Positions 1 through 13,026 are shown, counted from the stretch's first letter. The stretch is DNA of 64,000 nucleotides from Octopus sinensis (GCF_006345805.1 NC_043016.1:2356001-2420000); one strand, 5' to 3'. Program-made: numbers and translations. The notes: generated by a model from the sequence alone, not told the origin.

Positions 1-330
1 GAACACATGGAGGGAAGCACCTCCGAAAAGTGTCTTGGTGTGACTATGAAAGATATCTAATCAGAGGCGGTAGATTCGCCACAATAGAAGCAAGTTTCGA
101 GTCAATGGAGTGTGCAAGGGAGTACTCGACTCGAACTGAACTTGCAAAGTGGAAATATTTTATTTTTACTTTTATATCTGGGACGTAGGACGTCCAGAAA
201 AAAAAATTAAAATCCCCCTCCCCACCAGAAGTAGAGGTAGGCTGGATTGTAGCCACACTTCTATACAAAAGGGAGGACAAGATACAATTGCTCGAAATTA
301 CAAGAGACGGGCTAACAATTCCAGTCTGTT
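1..330 (+). pseudogene. Frameshifted fragment of an L1/Tx1-type LINE ORF1-like protein
   Basis: Hand translation across frameshifts gives YLIRGGRFATIEASFESMECAREYST / SGNILFLLLYLGRR / SPPEVEVGWIVATLL. These are colinear with FITRG..KKATVWLLFDSPEVACEFASQ / GNEILFLPTYCGK / LPPGVEPQCIGDTI of the ORF1 at 31638-32349. Confidence 0.55.
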
Positions 331-497
331 ATATATTTTGCGTATTGTTATCACTAGCGATATCAAGATATAACTTTGTATTTTGCATTTTATGTGTAGA
401 TGTATATAGAGAGATGTACATGTAATATGTACACATATATATACACATATATACATGCACTAGCACTATGACCGCAACGATGTGTCTTTAATGCTAG
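250..497 (+). mobile_element. Probable 3' end of a Helitron derivative
   Basis: About 250-460 is a close copy of about 1305-1510 inside the next Helitron. It ends ...GCTAG (494-497), followed by (TA)n; the subterminal hairpin is degenerate. Confidence 0.45.
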
Positions 498-503
498 TAT
501 TAT

Positions 504-537
<34 letters not shown>

Positions 538-1559
538 AAACTGAGAATGTCTGTCTACCTGTCTGTGTGTTTCCCTAAAACTTCAGAACTACACAACCAA
601 TTTCATTCAAGTTTTACACATGCCTTACTTAAGGTCCGGGGAGTGTCATCGGCAAAAACATTTTTTTAACTTTTGCCTAGGGTGACCCCACAACAATATC
701 ATATCTTCTCCACTATTTCAGTATTACGTGTTAAAAGTGAAACAAAAACATCTCTCTTTTGTAATGCAGACACTTGTATTTTAATACTGAAACTATTAAA
801 GTGAAAGTATTATATAACAGGGATGAACAGTGGTCATCCATTTTGCTAGAAGAAGATCCGCTATGATCTTATATACTACACCACTGGTTTTCAATTCATA
901 TTAATCAAATTAATATTCAATTTTTCACCCTTATTATGTGTGTGTGTGTGTGTGTGTGTGTGTATTAGCAATTCGTATAAAATTGCATCAATGTCTTGAA
1001 CTTGAATAAGTGGTTTCACAAAAATGGGGATAAATTTAAAAAGGTTTGTTGTTATTATTACTGTTTGACTATTGTAATCACGTTTGTTGGCTCCTCGTCA
1101 GGGAAACGTTGTTGTGTTGGATTTGTTAAATAATTGTAAATCGTATCCCTCCCCCTTTCGGAGAATGGGGCTTTGGTTATTGTTTAAAAATTGAATTTTG
1201 TCCCTGTTTGGGGAAATTGACAATATTTTCACCGTCTTTACGGAAGCATTTTTGTTAAAATGCTTTCGATAGAAGAAAGTCCAAAAATGAATTTCACTGC
1301 AGCCGTACACTTCTATACAAGAGGGAGGACAAGATCCAATTGATCGAAATTGCAAGAGACGGGCCTACAATTCCAGTCTATTATATATTTTGAATATTGT
1401 TATCACTAGCAATATCAAGATATAACTTTGCATTTTGTATTTTATGTGTAGATGTATATATATATAGATGTACATGTAATAGGTACACATATATATACAC
1501 ATATATATATGCATAATATATCTACCCATACACATATACGGACACACACATACATAGGG

Positions 1560-1690
1560 GCAGGTGCGGCTGTTTGGTAACAAACTACGTTCCAAACGCA
1601 TGGTCCTGGCTTCAGTCCCACTGTGTGGTGACTTGGCATGTGTCTTCTGCTGTAGCCTCAGACCAACAAAAGCCTTCTCAGTGAATTTTG
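1560..1690 (+). mobile_element. Degenerate head of tRNA-SINE family A inside the Helitron
   Basis: GGCTGTTTGGTAA...TTCAGTCCCACTG...TAGCCTC..CCAACAAAAGCCTT aligns by eye with the SINE A head at 45909-46060. Confidence 0.55.
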
Positions 1691-1902
1691 TACATATATA
1701 CAGACATACATACATATATATACTTGCATACGTACATATTCGACATAAACACTCTACCACTACAACTAATAACTGTTGGGAACACTTTCAAACCTGCCTT
1801 ACATTCGAACCGGAATCTCAAAAACATTGTTCCCTTACATCTCATTCTCATTTCATTCCCAACACAGGGAAATAAAACTTACTTCTCACTACGGGACAAT
1901 GG

Positions 1903-3250
1903 ATGATGGTAACAGATATTTACTACAGAACTATTCTTAACAGTGTACGCCAACGCGAGGGACGAATCTGCTTCCTCGATGCTCCTGGAGGGACAGGAAA
2001 AACATTTATTACAAAACTTCTCCTTGCAGAAGTTAGGCAGCATCAGGACATTGCAGTAGCTGTAGTCTCCTCTGGCATTGCAGCTAGTTTGTTACCCGGT
2101 GGCAGGACAGCACACTCAACTTTTAAACTCCCTCTCAATCTAGCAGCATCCGAAATGCCTTCATGCAACATCAACAAAAGCTCAGATCAGGGACAAGTAT
2201 TTAAAATGTGTCATCTAACTATCTGGGGTGAGTGCACTATGGCTCACAAGGGAGCTTTTGAAGCATTAGATAGAGCCCTGAAAGACATCCGAGACTGTCA
2301 GGCTCCAATGGGAGGTGTAACGCTTCTGTTCTGTTATCAGGTGATTTCAGGCAAGCTCTTCCTGTCATTCCGAAAGGCACTAGAGCAGATGAAGTCCAAG
2401 CATGCCTAAAGTCCTCTACCCTGTGGCATCATGTTACAATCCTCAGTCTCACCACTAACATGAGAGCTCAGCTACACGGCGACAAAATGTCCACAAAGTT
2501 TGCACAGGACATTTTGACACTTGGTGAAGGCAAGATGCCTCTCGATGGTGCAGGACAAATGGAAGTGTAGTCATTTTCCTCTGTTGTTTATTCTGTAGAT
2601 GACCTCAAAAACAAAGTCTTTCCCAACTTCACACAAAACTACCAAAATCATAATTGGCTGTGTGAAAGAGCAATATCAGCTCCAAAAAACGTTGCTGTTA
2701 ACAAAATTAATCAACAGCTAATGCATTCTCTTCCCGGCACTATACACAATTACAAGTCTGTTGATACAATTCCAGATATAAATGAAGTTGTGAACTATCC
2801 TCCTGAATTTCTCAATTCACTGGAGCCTCCTGGACTACCTCCACACATATTAGCACTTAAAGTTGGAACTCCTGTAATGCTACTCCGCAATCTGGAACCA
2901 CCAAGACTTTGCAATGGAACACGACTGGTGATAAACAAAATGATGTCACGCGTTATCGAGGCGATCATTCTTTCTGGAAGTGGAAAAGGTGATGACGTCT
3001 TTATTCCAAGATTTCCTCTTACTCCATCAGGAGCAGAAATTCCATTTACATTCAGAAGACTGCAATTCCCCCTTCGTGTCAGCTTTGCGATGTCCATTAA
3101 CAAATCTCAGGGTCAAACCCTCTCTGTAGCTGGTCTTCTCTTGGAAGAGCCCTGCTTCTCGCATGGGCAACTGTATGTTGGCTGCTCAGGAGTAGGAACC
3201 AAAAGAAACTTTTTTTGTATAAGGAAAAACAAGGAACATTGTTTACAACG
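1903..3250 (+). pseudogene. Helitron Pif1-family (SF1B) helicase domain, frameshifted
   Basis: Motifs FLDAPGGTGKT, SSGIAASLLPGGRTAHS, GECTM (DE box mutated), MLLRNL..LCNGTRL, QFPLRVSFAMSINKSQGQ and FSHGQLYV, split over ORFs 1903-2409 and 2721-3407. Confidence 0.92.
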
Positions 3251-3451
3251 AGGTGTTATAATCTCAACAGCCAGGAGGTATATACATGATCCCCCTTTTT
3301 TTTTAACAAACTACATGTACTTTTATGTATTTATATTAATATACATATATATATGTGTGTGTGTGTGTGTGTTTATGTATCCATATATATATAACAGAAA
3401 AATCTAATTCTTCAATCAAATGTAACCGGGCAACGCCGGGTATCTCTGCTA

Positions 3452-3503
<52 letters not shown>

Positions 3504-3507
3504 ATAC

Positions 3508-3538
<31 letters not shown>

Positions 3539-3547
3539 TATACATAT

Positions 3548-3578
<31 letters not shown>

Positions 3579-3580
3579 TA

Positions 3581-3618
<38 letters not shown>

Positions 3619-3664
3619 TATATTTATATGTATGTATGTATGTATATATGTACATATAAATATA

Positions 3665-4125
3665 CAATTCATAAATAAGGACAAACGAAAAAATTTCTAA
3701 TGCCAAATATGCCGAAAAATGGACATATTGTTCAGTAACCATATAATTTTTTCACAATACGCACGCTACTCGAAAAAAGGTCGATAGAAATTTCTAAAAA
3801 ATTCCATTATTACCATATCGGAGCGATATCAGGGTTAGCTCATAACAGCCCTCCCCTCGTCAGTGATACATGTGGCAAAAGATATAAATGAGATACTTAC
3901 TCATACCCATGGAATCTGTCGACCTTTTTTCGAGTAGCGTGCGTATTGTGAAAAAATTATATGGTTAATGGACAATATGTCCAATTTTTCGGCATATTTG
4001 GCATTAGAAATTTTTTCGTTTGCCCTTATTTATGAATTGTTTATAAATTTAACCTTTAAAGGTAGTTTTTAATATGGTGGCCATTGATAAAAATTTTTTT
4101 GTAAAAAATTTTATCCTACATTAGA
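3665..4125 (+). mobile_element. PLE pseudo-LTR foldback remnant
   Basis: About 125-bp inverted arms at about 3665-3790 and 3915-4045, a unique tail, (TA)n flanks and an internal hammerhead motif. A homologous copy lies at 24300-24540. Confidence 0.7.
3811..3868 (-). ncRNA. Type I hammerhead ribozyme motif, degenerate (GAUA for GAAA)
   Basis: Reverse complement reads TATCA-CTGACGA-GGGG..CCCT-GATA-TCGctcCGA-TA-TGGTA. Confidence 0.65.
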
Positions 4126-4181
4126 TATACATATACATATATACATATATATACACACATATATATGTATATATATATATG

Positions 4182-4229
<48 letters not shown>

Positions 4230-4235
4230 ATGTAC

Positions 4236-4279
<44 letters not shown>

Positions 4280-4280
4280 G

Positions 4281-4361
<81 letters not shown>

Positions 4362-6402
4362 AGCGAGCGCATACACACACACGCGCACACACACACATAT
4401 ATATTGGTTTCAAATTTTGGCACAAAGCCAGCAAGTTCGATTACAAAATAATAAGTGGCATTCGAATAATGCTACTTATTATTTTACAGAACCCGAAACG
4501 ATGAAATGCAACGTCGACTTCGACACAATTTGAACTCAGAATGCAAACCATTGCCTATATATATTAATAAATTTTTAGTAACATCCATTATCCTTACACG
4601 GAAAATTAACAACAAAGTATTCTATTTTAAAAGTGCAATTCAGTTTTGTGAGGATTTTGTTTGTTTGAAATATTTAGTTTAAGTTAAGAACTTTAAAAAA
4701 TATTTCTTAACAAGAAATATTTATAATTCATTGCACCAGTTTGATCTTACTATTTATAATATCAATTTGGAGTGACTTGAGCAAGTGAAGCTTACAGAAT
4801 ATTGTACAGAGAAGATTGAAAAGTACATTTATTGTAATTAGATATTTTAGTATAAATTCCTTTAACTTTGGTGAAGACTACAGGAAGTGAGCTTTAAAAA
4901 AGTCGCCGTGTTATACAAATTTCAGCGTGTTACTTGATAAAATAAGTCATTGAAACACACATGGGCTTTAGCGATTATAACTTGGTTAATTTAGCGAGGA
5001 AAGGATTTTGTTTAGTCTTAGGTGCACAGAACGGATCTTGATAAGTATGGCGAGATAAGTTTATTGGGTAAATGATGTGGTTTAGTATAAGAAGAACAGG
5101 ATAGCTTCCGATGAGGTACAGAGTCAGTTTAGGTTAGAAGCAGTGATTTTACTAATAGATACAGGACATATATTGATGGCCGTCCGTTATGTAGGCGGTT
5201 TAGTGGGACATATGTTGTTATATTGCAAATGTTACTTGTGAGATTTTGATATGTGTCATATTGTATTACTTGTCAGACACGCCTCCCGGTTACTTTAAGG
5301 GATACAGAGTAGATTTTATGAGTATAATGCAAATATTTTAGTGCCGAGGTGAAAACGGTACGTTAATATAAAGCAGTCACGGGAAAACTGTGGCCTGCGG
5401 GACTTCATTCATGAATGGTACGCCTGTTACCCCGAGAAAAATTTCGATTATTAAAATTACTTTGAATATTTTTGATGATAAGTCGTGTATCATGCGACCC
5501 GTCTCTCGAAAAAGATTGCCCATGCTTGATGTAAAGAATACAGAGCAGATTTTGTCAGGTCTAATGTAGCGGTTATTGTGGATCATTGACGGTACTCTGT
5601 AGAAATGGCACAGGCTACATGCTTATTGGGGCATTGTGGTGAGTTCATGAATGTCTTGCAAACATGATTTCATGAGTGTATTGTGTGATTTAAGTGTTGT
5701 AAGGATATGCTTAGTATAAGAGGACAAATTTTAATGAGTGTAATCTGGTGCTTTTAGTAGAACCAGAAATTTACTGAATATAAAGAACCAAATGCATATT
5801 TTTCGCAGATATATGAAATTGATTTCGATATATGTATTGTGGAAGTTTTGCCGAGAGAATTATATACTATCAACTAACAGGTTTCAGTTTCGAAGTTCTA
5901 TGAATTTTCTTAATATGTATTATCATTATTATATGTAATCTGTTATAATATACTAAAATGTTATAGCACATTTTCTTTCGTATTACATTCTTTAGTCAGC
6001 GTATAAGAATGAGTCGTTTCCTAGAAAAATAAAATACCAATGGAGCAGAAAATATCGACTACTCTTCTCCCTTCAAAACTGTTGGCCTTGTGTCTAAATC
6101 AGAGACTATTATCGCTGTTGCTGTTGTTGTTGTGGCTGCTGATGTTGTTGTTGTTGTTGTTTTTTCAGGTTTTGTTGTCGGTTTAGATGTTTGTGGTATT
6201 TTTGTCATTGCTATATGTTTAAAGTTTTCGCTTTCATTTTTATTGTTTACTTTTGTGGTATAACCACTGGTATCATGATGTCCTCATAGTTGTTCTTGTT
6301 GGTAGCTGGATCCTGCTACCTTTACTATTGCTAATACTGAAAATAGCGGAGATCGAAATGGATGCACATTTGAAAACTGGATTAATGAAACATTAGAGAA
6401 TG

Positions 6403-6930
6403 ACTATTTTTAAATCTCACAACGAGAGATATTCAGCAACAGTACTTTGGAGTAAAGATTGTTTTGCCAACATAACATGGCAGTCATTGTTTAGGACGAA
6501 TGTTGGTGTAATTTAGCCCCAGGTGATATCGTCTCCAGCTGGCTATACGACATGATCTGTGTCCTTATATTTTCGAACAAGGGAATCTGGCACTCCGACT
6601 CAACTCAAAACAATATCTGTGTATCAAAGTTCTGTCGCTGAATATTTCTCGTTGTGAGATTTAAAAATAGTAATTTTCTAATTTATAAATCAGTGACTAA
6701 TTGTCACTTTGAAAACTATATATTTCGAACGGGAATTTGCAGCGCCACTTCAAGTCGAACAATTATTCTGTGCTGATGAAGAAAAATAGCCCGGAAATCG
6801 CGATGCACAGATATTGTTTTGAGCTGAGTGAGGGTGCTAGATTCCCTTGTTCGAAAAATGTAAGGACACAGATCGTGTCGTATAGCAAGCTGGAAACTAT
6901 GTCTCCTAATGAAACATTATTGCATATTGT
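6403..6930. repeat. Interleaved inverted repeats, PLE-terminus derived
   Basis: 6403-6450 is the reverse complement of 6625-6671, and about 6525-6625 is the reverse complement of about 6802-6905. The region also resembles 40724-40820. Confidence 0.65.
6767..6811 (+). ncRNA. Type I hammerhead ribozyme motif (helix II decayed, position 17 = G)
   Basis: TCTGTG-CTGATGA-..-GAAA-TCGCGA-TG-CACAGA, with a perfect 6-bp helix I and palindromic helix III. The inverted copy (6612-6625) has TA at the cleavage site. Confidence 0.65.
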
Positions 6931-7395
6931 TGCGAACAACGTGTAAATAAGGAAAATATGGTTATTTTATTATATCTCACCAAATTTTTTATTCCTTTAA
7001 AAAATATATTTATTGCCTTTGTTTTTGTGTAGAACGATCTTTCGGTTGGATTGGTTAAACATCTGATCGAAAGCATTCAATACTTGACCGCCTGTCTTTT
7101 TTTTCCATAAGGTGTGTAAGAGTACACTAGTGAATGTATTCTATCCTTAACAATTGTAAGATCACAAAAAGAGTGTCTGAATAAAGAGAGTAAATGATAG
7201 TTGATTTCAGTATATGGACAAGACGGAAATTGTAATCACGATGTATATTTCAAAGTTTTATGTAGATTCAAATTAATAATTTAGATTCAAATGAATATGG
7301 TATTTAATTTAGATGCACCAGAATTCTGTATGGTGTTAACCATAAAAATTCGCGGGGTGATTATAATCAAAATAAGTAACATGAATTACCTCAGT

Positions 7396-7486
7396 AATTT
7401 GGTACGATCGTTTCGTACTACATCATTTTATTAAATGTTGTAAGTATTACAACAGTTTTAAAATACTGAGCACTCATCAGCCAATT
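7396..7486 (-). ncRNA. Type I hammerhead ribozyme, canonical core, extended helix II
   Basis: Reverse complement reads AATTGG-CTGATGA-GTGCT..(long insert with TGTTGTAA/TTACAACA hairpin)..AGTAC-GAAA-CGATCG-TA-CCAAATT. Confidence 0.85.
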
Positions 7487-8223
7487 ATAGAGGTTTTCCA
7501 TTAATGCAAAAATGTTCATATCAAGTGGCAACATTATAGAGAAGGGAGATAAATAAACAAAAATGTGGATTTAAATTTTAAGAAAATTTGAGGTAGTGGA
7601 GCCCATCAACTGACTGACTAAGATTCAGCTGTTCCAGACTACCGTAATGTTCTGAGAGGGAAGAACAAATGAAAAGGGACAATAAAGATTTTATAATTAT
7701 AGAAATGGGGTAAAGGGGATGTCATAGCTCGATATAAGGAATTTGTGTAGAAGAGAGCATGGTCACAACTAAATTCCTATTGCTACTATTTGATGAACAG
7801 ATTCAGCGTTAGAAGAACTAGGTCAAAGTCAAATGGTCACAATAACATTCACAGAGAATGCAGAGATCTTACAAACCCTATGCATATTAACACAACAGTT
7901 GGTCTATAAGTTCCAAGTACTTTGACACGTTAGAATAGAGGAAAAAATATAAATCTAAAATTTATTCAAATTTGGAGAAAGAGACTATCACCACTTATTA
8001 TGAGTCAGCATAGTACTTATTATCTGGGGAAAACAACCTTATTAATCAAGTGAACATATTAGGGGTCAAAATATATACTGAGAAAGATGGAAGAGGGAAA
8101 ATCAAAGAAGGAAGATATTCATAGGTTGTATTTTATAATATGAAGAGTGGTAATTTAGAAGAGTAAATTATTCAAATTTCATGGATAGTGGGTTGATATT
8201 AATGAATTAAAATTTAGGATCTA

Positions 8224-9581
8224 TTGGAGAGATATAAATCACTCATTTTTGCTAAGAAACTCTCTCTCATATCTAGGGAAGAAATTGACATTATACTATT
8301 AGCTAGAAAAACTATCATCGAATTTGAAGGAAAATTATGGACTAGGGCGGATACCCCTAATAATTTTGATATACCCATGGGCTCAGGTGATTCTGCGGAG
8401 ATAACCAATCTGGTAGGAGCATATTTATTAAAATGCATAAACAGAGATATCCCAGGATTACAAGGTGATCTATATAGGGATGATGCTTTGTTTATTGGAC
8501 CTAGCAACAATAAATCAAGAATTGAGAGGATAAAAAAAAATTAGTAAATTTTTCAAATATTTTAACCTAGGCATTACGTATGAACCTAACACCAAAATAG
8601 TTAATTTCCTAGTTGTTACCTTAGACCTAAATTCAAAGTTACATTACCCATTTAGAAAGAAGGGCGAAGTTACCAGATATGTAAGTAAGTCATCCAATCA
8701 CCCACCAAATATACTAAAATCATTAGTTAAAAATATTTCTCAAATACAAAATTATCATCAAATAGTGAAATCTTTAACTCTCACTCTAATCATTATAATG
8801 TTGCATTATCTAAGGCTGGATATGACCAGGAAATCACCTTCCTAGATACTGATAGCTTAAATCTCCTAAATAATGTAGTGAATGTATATGACTTAAGTAA
8901 TATATAAACTCTCATACCCTACATAAACATAAATCAATAGAGGAAAAGAACCTAGTGTATAAACCTAATTATAAGAATAGAAATAGTAAACAGATCGTAA
9001 ATAAATATGAAAATGCTAACCTAGATAAACCCAATAGGCATAAAAATAATACTAAAAGGAATAATAATTCTCGTTTGACTACTGATAACACTAATCCTCC
9101 CCACACTTACTTAAACAAAAACATAAAAGAGAATATGTCATCGGGTTAAATATCCCCTTTAATTGAGCGAACACGACGAATGTGTACAGTAAATTTATGT
9201 CTATACTGGAAAAAAAATTTTCCAGCCTCCCATAGATATCATAAAATAATTTCTAGGAAATCAGTGAGAATTTCATATTCCACTCTCCCAAATATGGCTA
9301 CAATAATAGCTAGACTTAATAGTAAAAACATTAAGTTAGCCAGGAGTAGAATGAGTAGTAACAACAATGATAGTAATAATAATTGTAAAATAGCAATAAT
9401 AATAATAATAATGGTAATAATAATAATAATAATAATATTATAATGATGATGATGATAATAATGATGATGATGATGATAATAATAATGATATTGATAATGA
9501 TGATGATGATGATAATAATAATAATAATAATAATAATAATATAATACATAATATAATAATAATGATAATAATATAATAATA

Positions 9582-9622
<41 letters not shown>

Positions 9623-9627
9623 TGATA

Positions 9628-9678
<51 letters not shown>

Positions 9679-10239
9679 TAATATAAATGCCCTGATGCAG
9701 TACCAGGCAGTGGCTCTCATGGCTTCTGATCTTAACTGATTGGAAGTGTTATCATCTACATTGTTTTGTCTTGGTATAAAAGATGGGCTACAGCAAATAT
9801 TCTGCTCAATACCACAGATTTGCTTGTCAGTTGTTTGACCTTAACCAGTTGAGCATGTCCGTTAGTGGCTGACGATATGTGCATCTCTGATCACGAGCAG
9901 AAGTAGTGGGGGAGCATCATAGCCATGTGTTGAGAGGGATTATTTGGGGTTTGAATAATTCAACTCTGGAAACATGGGTGGTTCTTTCAACATCCTTAAA
10001 CAACCCTTATTCAGGGACCTTTTGAGCGGGTGGGCTACTCAACCTGAAGAAATTCTAACTGGGCCCCACCTGCAAGGTCATGTGCTGTTTATCTTGATAT
10101 GAGATCACCATGTCGCGCACATATGGTGTGATGCATGTGCCTGGTGTACCTTTATCAGACGGGTAGACATGATGGGTATATTGGGTTTCGTATATTTTAC
10201 CCCAGTGTCACTTTGATGGCATGCACTGCTCTCTCACTC

Positions 10240-10277
<38 letters not shown>

Positions 10278-10935
10278 CAACAACAACATTGATATAAATA
10301 GTGACAATAGCAACATCAATAATATAGGTGGTATAGATAAAAGTATGGTAGGTGATAATAATGAGGATGGATTAATAATTAGTAATCCTAGTTTGCATAA
10401 CGACGTAATTACTAATAGTGAAAATAATACTAATACTAACAATAATTTAAAAAACAGTAATGGAAGTGAACTGTCCTTAAATAATTCCAGTACCGGACAC
10501 TATCCCCCCGGTGGTAATTGTAGGATTAGATCAAAATGTCCGGTATCTGGCCGTTGTTCGGTCCGAAACGTGATTTATAAATGCACGATAATAACTTCAA
10601 ACAATAGCTTTCTTTATTTCGGTTGTTCGGTAGATTTTAAAAAACGTCTAAACAATCATTTTTCCTCTTTTAGGCTCAAACATAAAGCAGGTTGCACAAA
10701 ATTATCTAGCAAAATTTGGGAACTAAAAACAAATAATATAGAATTCAACCTAAAATGGGATATAGTTTGAATAGCGCAACCTTATAGAAATAGTAGGGGT
10801 AGTTGTCAACTTTGTTCTATGGAAACCTATGAAATTTTGAAACATCAGAGTAATACAAATCTGTTGAATAACCGTTTGGAGCTGGGAGCATCTTGTATAC
10901 ATCGTACGACCCGAACGTTTAAATACTTTAAGTAA
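8224..10935 (+). pseudogene. PLE reverse transcriptase + Asn-rich linker + C-terminal GIY-YIG endonuclease, disrupted
   Basis: RT motifs IPMGSGDSAEITNLVG, LYRDDA and YVSKSSNHPP; linker ISYSTLPNM; endonuclease CPVSGRC..NVIYKC..YFG..FKKRLNNH..LSSKIWELK..CQLC..E..LNNRLE..CIH. Confidence 0.88.
9686..10240 (+). mobile_element. About 550-bp non-coding element D inserted in (AAT)n
   Basis: Near-identical reverse-complement copies at 55190-55740 and 55778-56113. Flanked by (AAT)n. Confidence 0.8.
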
Positions 10936-10974
10936 TATTTTTGTGATTATTAATATTTTCAGATTTTAATTCTT

Positions 10975-11470
10975 ATAACCAAATAAGTAGGAATATACCA
11001 TAATAGCTTTCAATTTAACATTTATAGATGACTAAAATAACTTTACTACAAACTTAAAATTAAATATTCTTTTTTCTAAAATTAAACTGTATGAATCAAA
11101 ATAGTTGGAATCCTGAATAGCATGAATCCCAAATTGTAAGAATACTAAATAGTATGAATCCTATGTCCATAAAGAAACTATTCAGTTCACCTTGATTACC
11201 TCACTTCCATTTCTTAATATATAATTAGTCCAAGATATCTTTACAAAATATATTTAACCAAATAGGAACGAATATACCATAGAGGTTTTAGTTTATCACC
11301 CATAAATGATTAAAAAAAATTCATTGCAAACTTAGAATTAAATTCTTCTTTTTTATAATGTTCTCCCAATACTAAGCAGCATTAATCCTATGTCCCTAGG
11401 GAAACTATTTGCTTCATCTTGATTATCTCACTCCTGTTTCTTAATATATAATTAACCTAAGATATTTTTA
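10975..11470 (+). repeat. Diverged tandem duplication in the PLE 3' region
   Basis: TAACCAAATA..GAATATACCATA and AATCCTATGTCC..GAAACTATT..CTTAATATATAATTA each occur twice (about 10975-11245 and about 11255-11470). Confidence 0.6.
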
Positions 11471-11751
11471 CCTAACTAATTAACTTTTACCAGCAGGTAG
11501 TAAATTTATTTCCAATAGATCCTATATTTTAATTCATTAATATCAACCCACTATCCATGAAATTTGAATAATTTACTCTTCTAAATTACCTCTCAACAAC
11601 TTACAACATTTAGTAAAATGATGTAGTACGAAACGATCGTACCAAATTAGCGGAGTAATTCTTGTTGCTATTTTGATTATATATATATATAAATATTAAT
11701 ATAATATATATAAATATATATATATATTATATAAATATATATATATATATG

Positions 11752-11834
<83 letters not shown>

Positions 11835-12270
11835 GTGCGTGTTTAAATAAATGGCACTAGCACACACCACAACATATGACGATAGAGGATCCCGAAAACA
11901 TAATAAATACACAGGTAAATAAACAAATAGAAATAAGTAACTATATATATATATATTTTAGATTCGATTTATTAATATTTTTACTGGAATTATTGTTATA
12001 CATACATACAAACCTATGTAATGATAGGTGGATGTAAACACATGAACAAAATAAGAATAAACAAAAACAACAACAAAAACAAAATACAAATTACATGAAC
12101 GTATATAAACAGAAGATACAAATATTACAGGCATCCCCCCACATACACACACTAAATAAACATAGACGCACATAGAGATATAAGCATAAGCAAATACAGA
12201 TATACAATAGAAATACAAAATGGCTCACGGTTAGTAAAGAGAGAAACAAAGAAGAAAGAAGAAAACAAAG

Positions 12271-12314
12271 GGCCACTGATGCGGTGACAGGAGTGTGACG
12301 AAAGAACTCTGGCC
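12271..12314 (+). ncRNA. Degenerate hammerhead motif
   Basis: GGCCA-CTGATGC-..GTGAC-GAAA-GAAC-TC-TGGCC. Helix I is perfect; A9 and helices II and III are mutated. Confidence 0.45.
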
Positions 12315-12631
12315 GAAATAAGATTAAGATTAATGTAAAAAATAAATAACACTGAAGCAAAATAACACCAAATATATAGTGCGTGTGTTTATTGGCTAAA
12401 CTGGCAAAATATCCATTCCGAAATATAACAATATCTGTTTCAACACACGACTTCACATAAAAAATCTTGCAGAACAAATATTTAAATGTGTATCTATATA
12501 TATATATATATATATATAAATTTAAAATGAGGGTGAGAAATTAGATATTAATTAATTAACATCGATTTCACACCAGTGGTCTAGCTTATAAAAAATGAAG
12601 GTTCATTAGAATTGTATTTCCCTCTAACATG

Positions 12632-12704
<73 letters not shown>

Positions 12705-12966
12705 TATACTTAACATGCATACATCATAGATAGACAGATAGATACATAGATACATAGATATACGTATTCGTATGTATGTTTGAGTATACATGTGTATGCT
12801 TGCGTTGGCGAGGTTTGAGTGTTGTGCCTTGTGCACTCTCATTCATTCAGATATCACGTTTAGATTCACTAAATAATAAACCTCAATCTACTACCTCGAG
12901 GCACACATTCACGCCTTCTAACATATGCTCTGTCACTTTAGTACAATGATGTCATTTCTCAGGGGC

Positions 12967-13026
<60 letters not shown>

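Larger units (their letters stand above)
531..3452 (+). mobile_element. Non-autonomous Helitron (helicase-only deletion derivative)
   Basis: 5' TATATAAAA..GTCTGTCT start inside (TA)n. 3' hairpin CCGGGCAACGCCGG (3426-3439) then CTAG (3449-3452) and (TA)n. It contains Pif1 helicase sequence, and no Rep/HUH motifs are recognisable. Confidence 0.8.
7360..11680 (+). mobile_element. Penelope-like retroelement, 5'-truncated with inverted pseudo-LTR
   Basis: RT and GIY-YIG fragments on +. 8150-8228 is the reverse complement of 11511-11590, and 7360-7445 is the reverse complement of 11599-11680. Ends at (TA)n. Confidence 0.88.

Noticed and set aside
4900-5760. Possible decayed PLE coding sequence on the minus strand
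   Set aside because: Only faint motif echoes (CTSSEAI, LTYRF); cannot be supported without a profile search.
10768-10770. In-frame TGA in the PLE endonuclease as selenocysteine recoding
   Set aside because: A single TGA at a non-Cys position in a copy with multiple other frameshifts and stops; ordinary decay is more likely.
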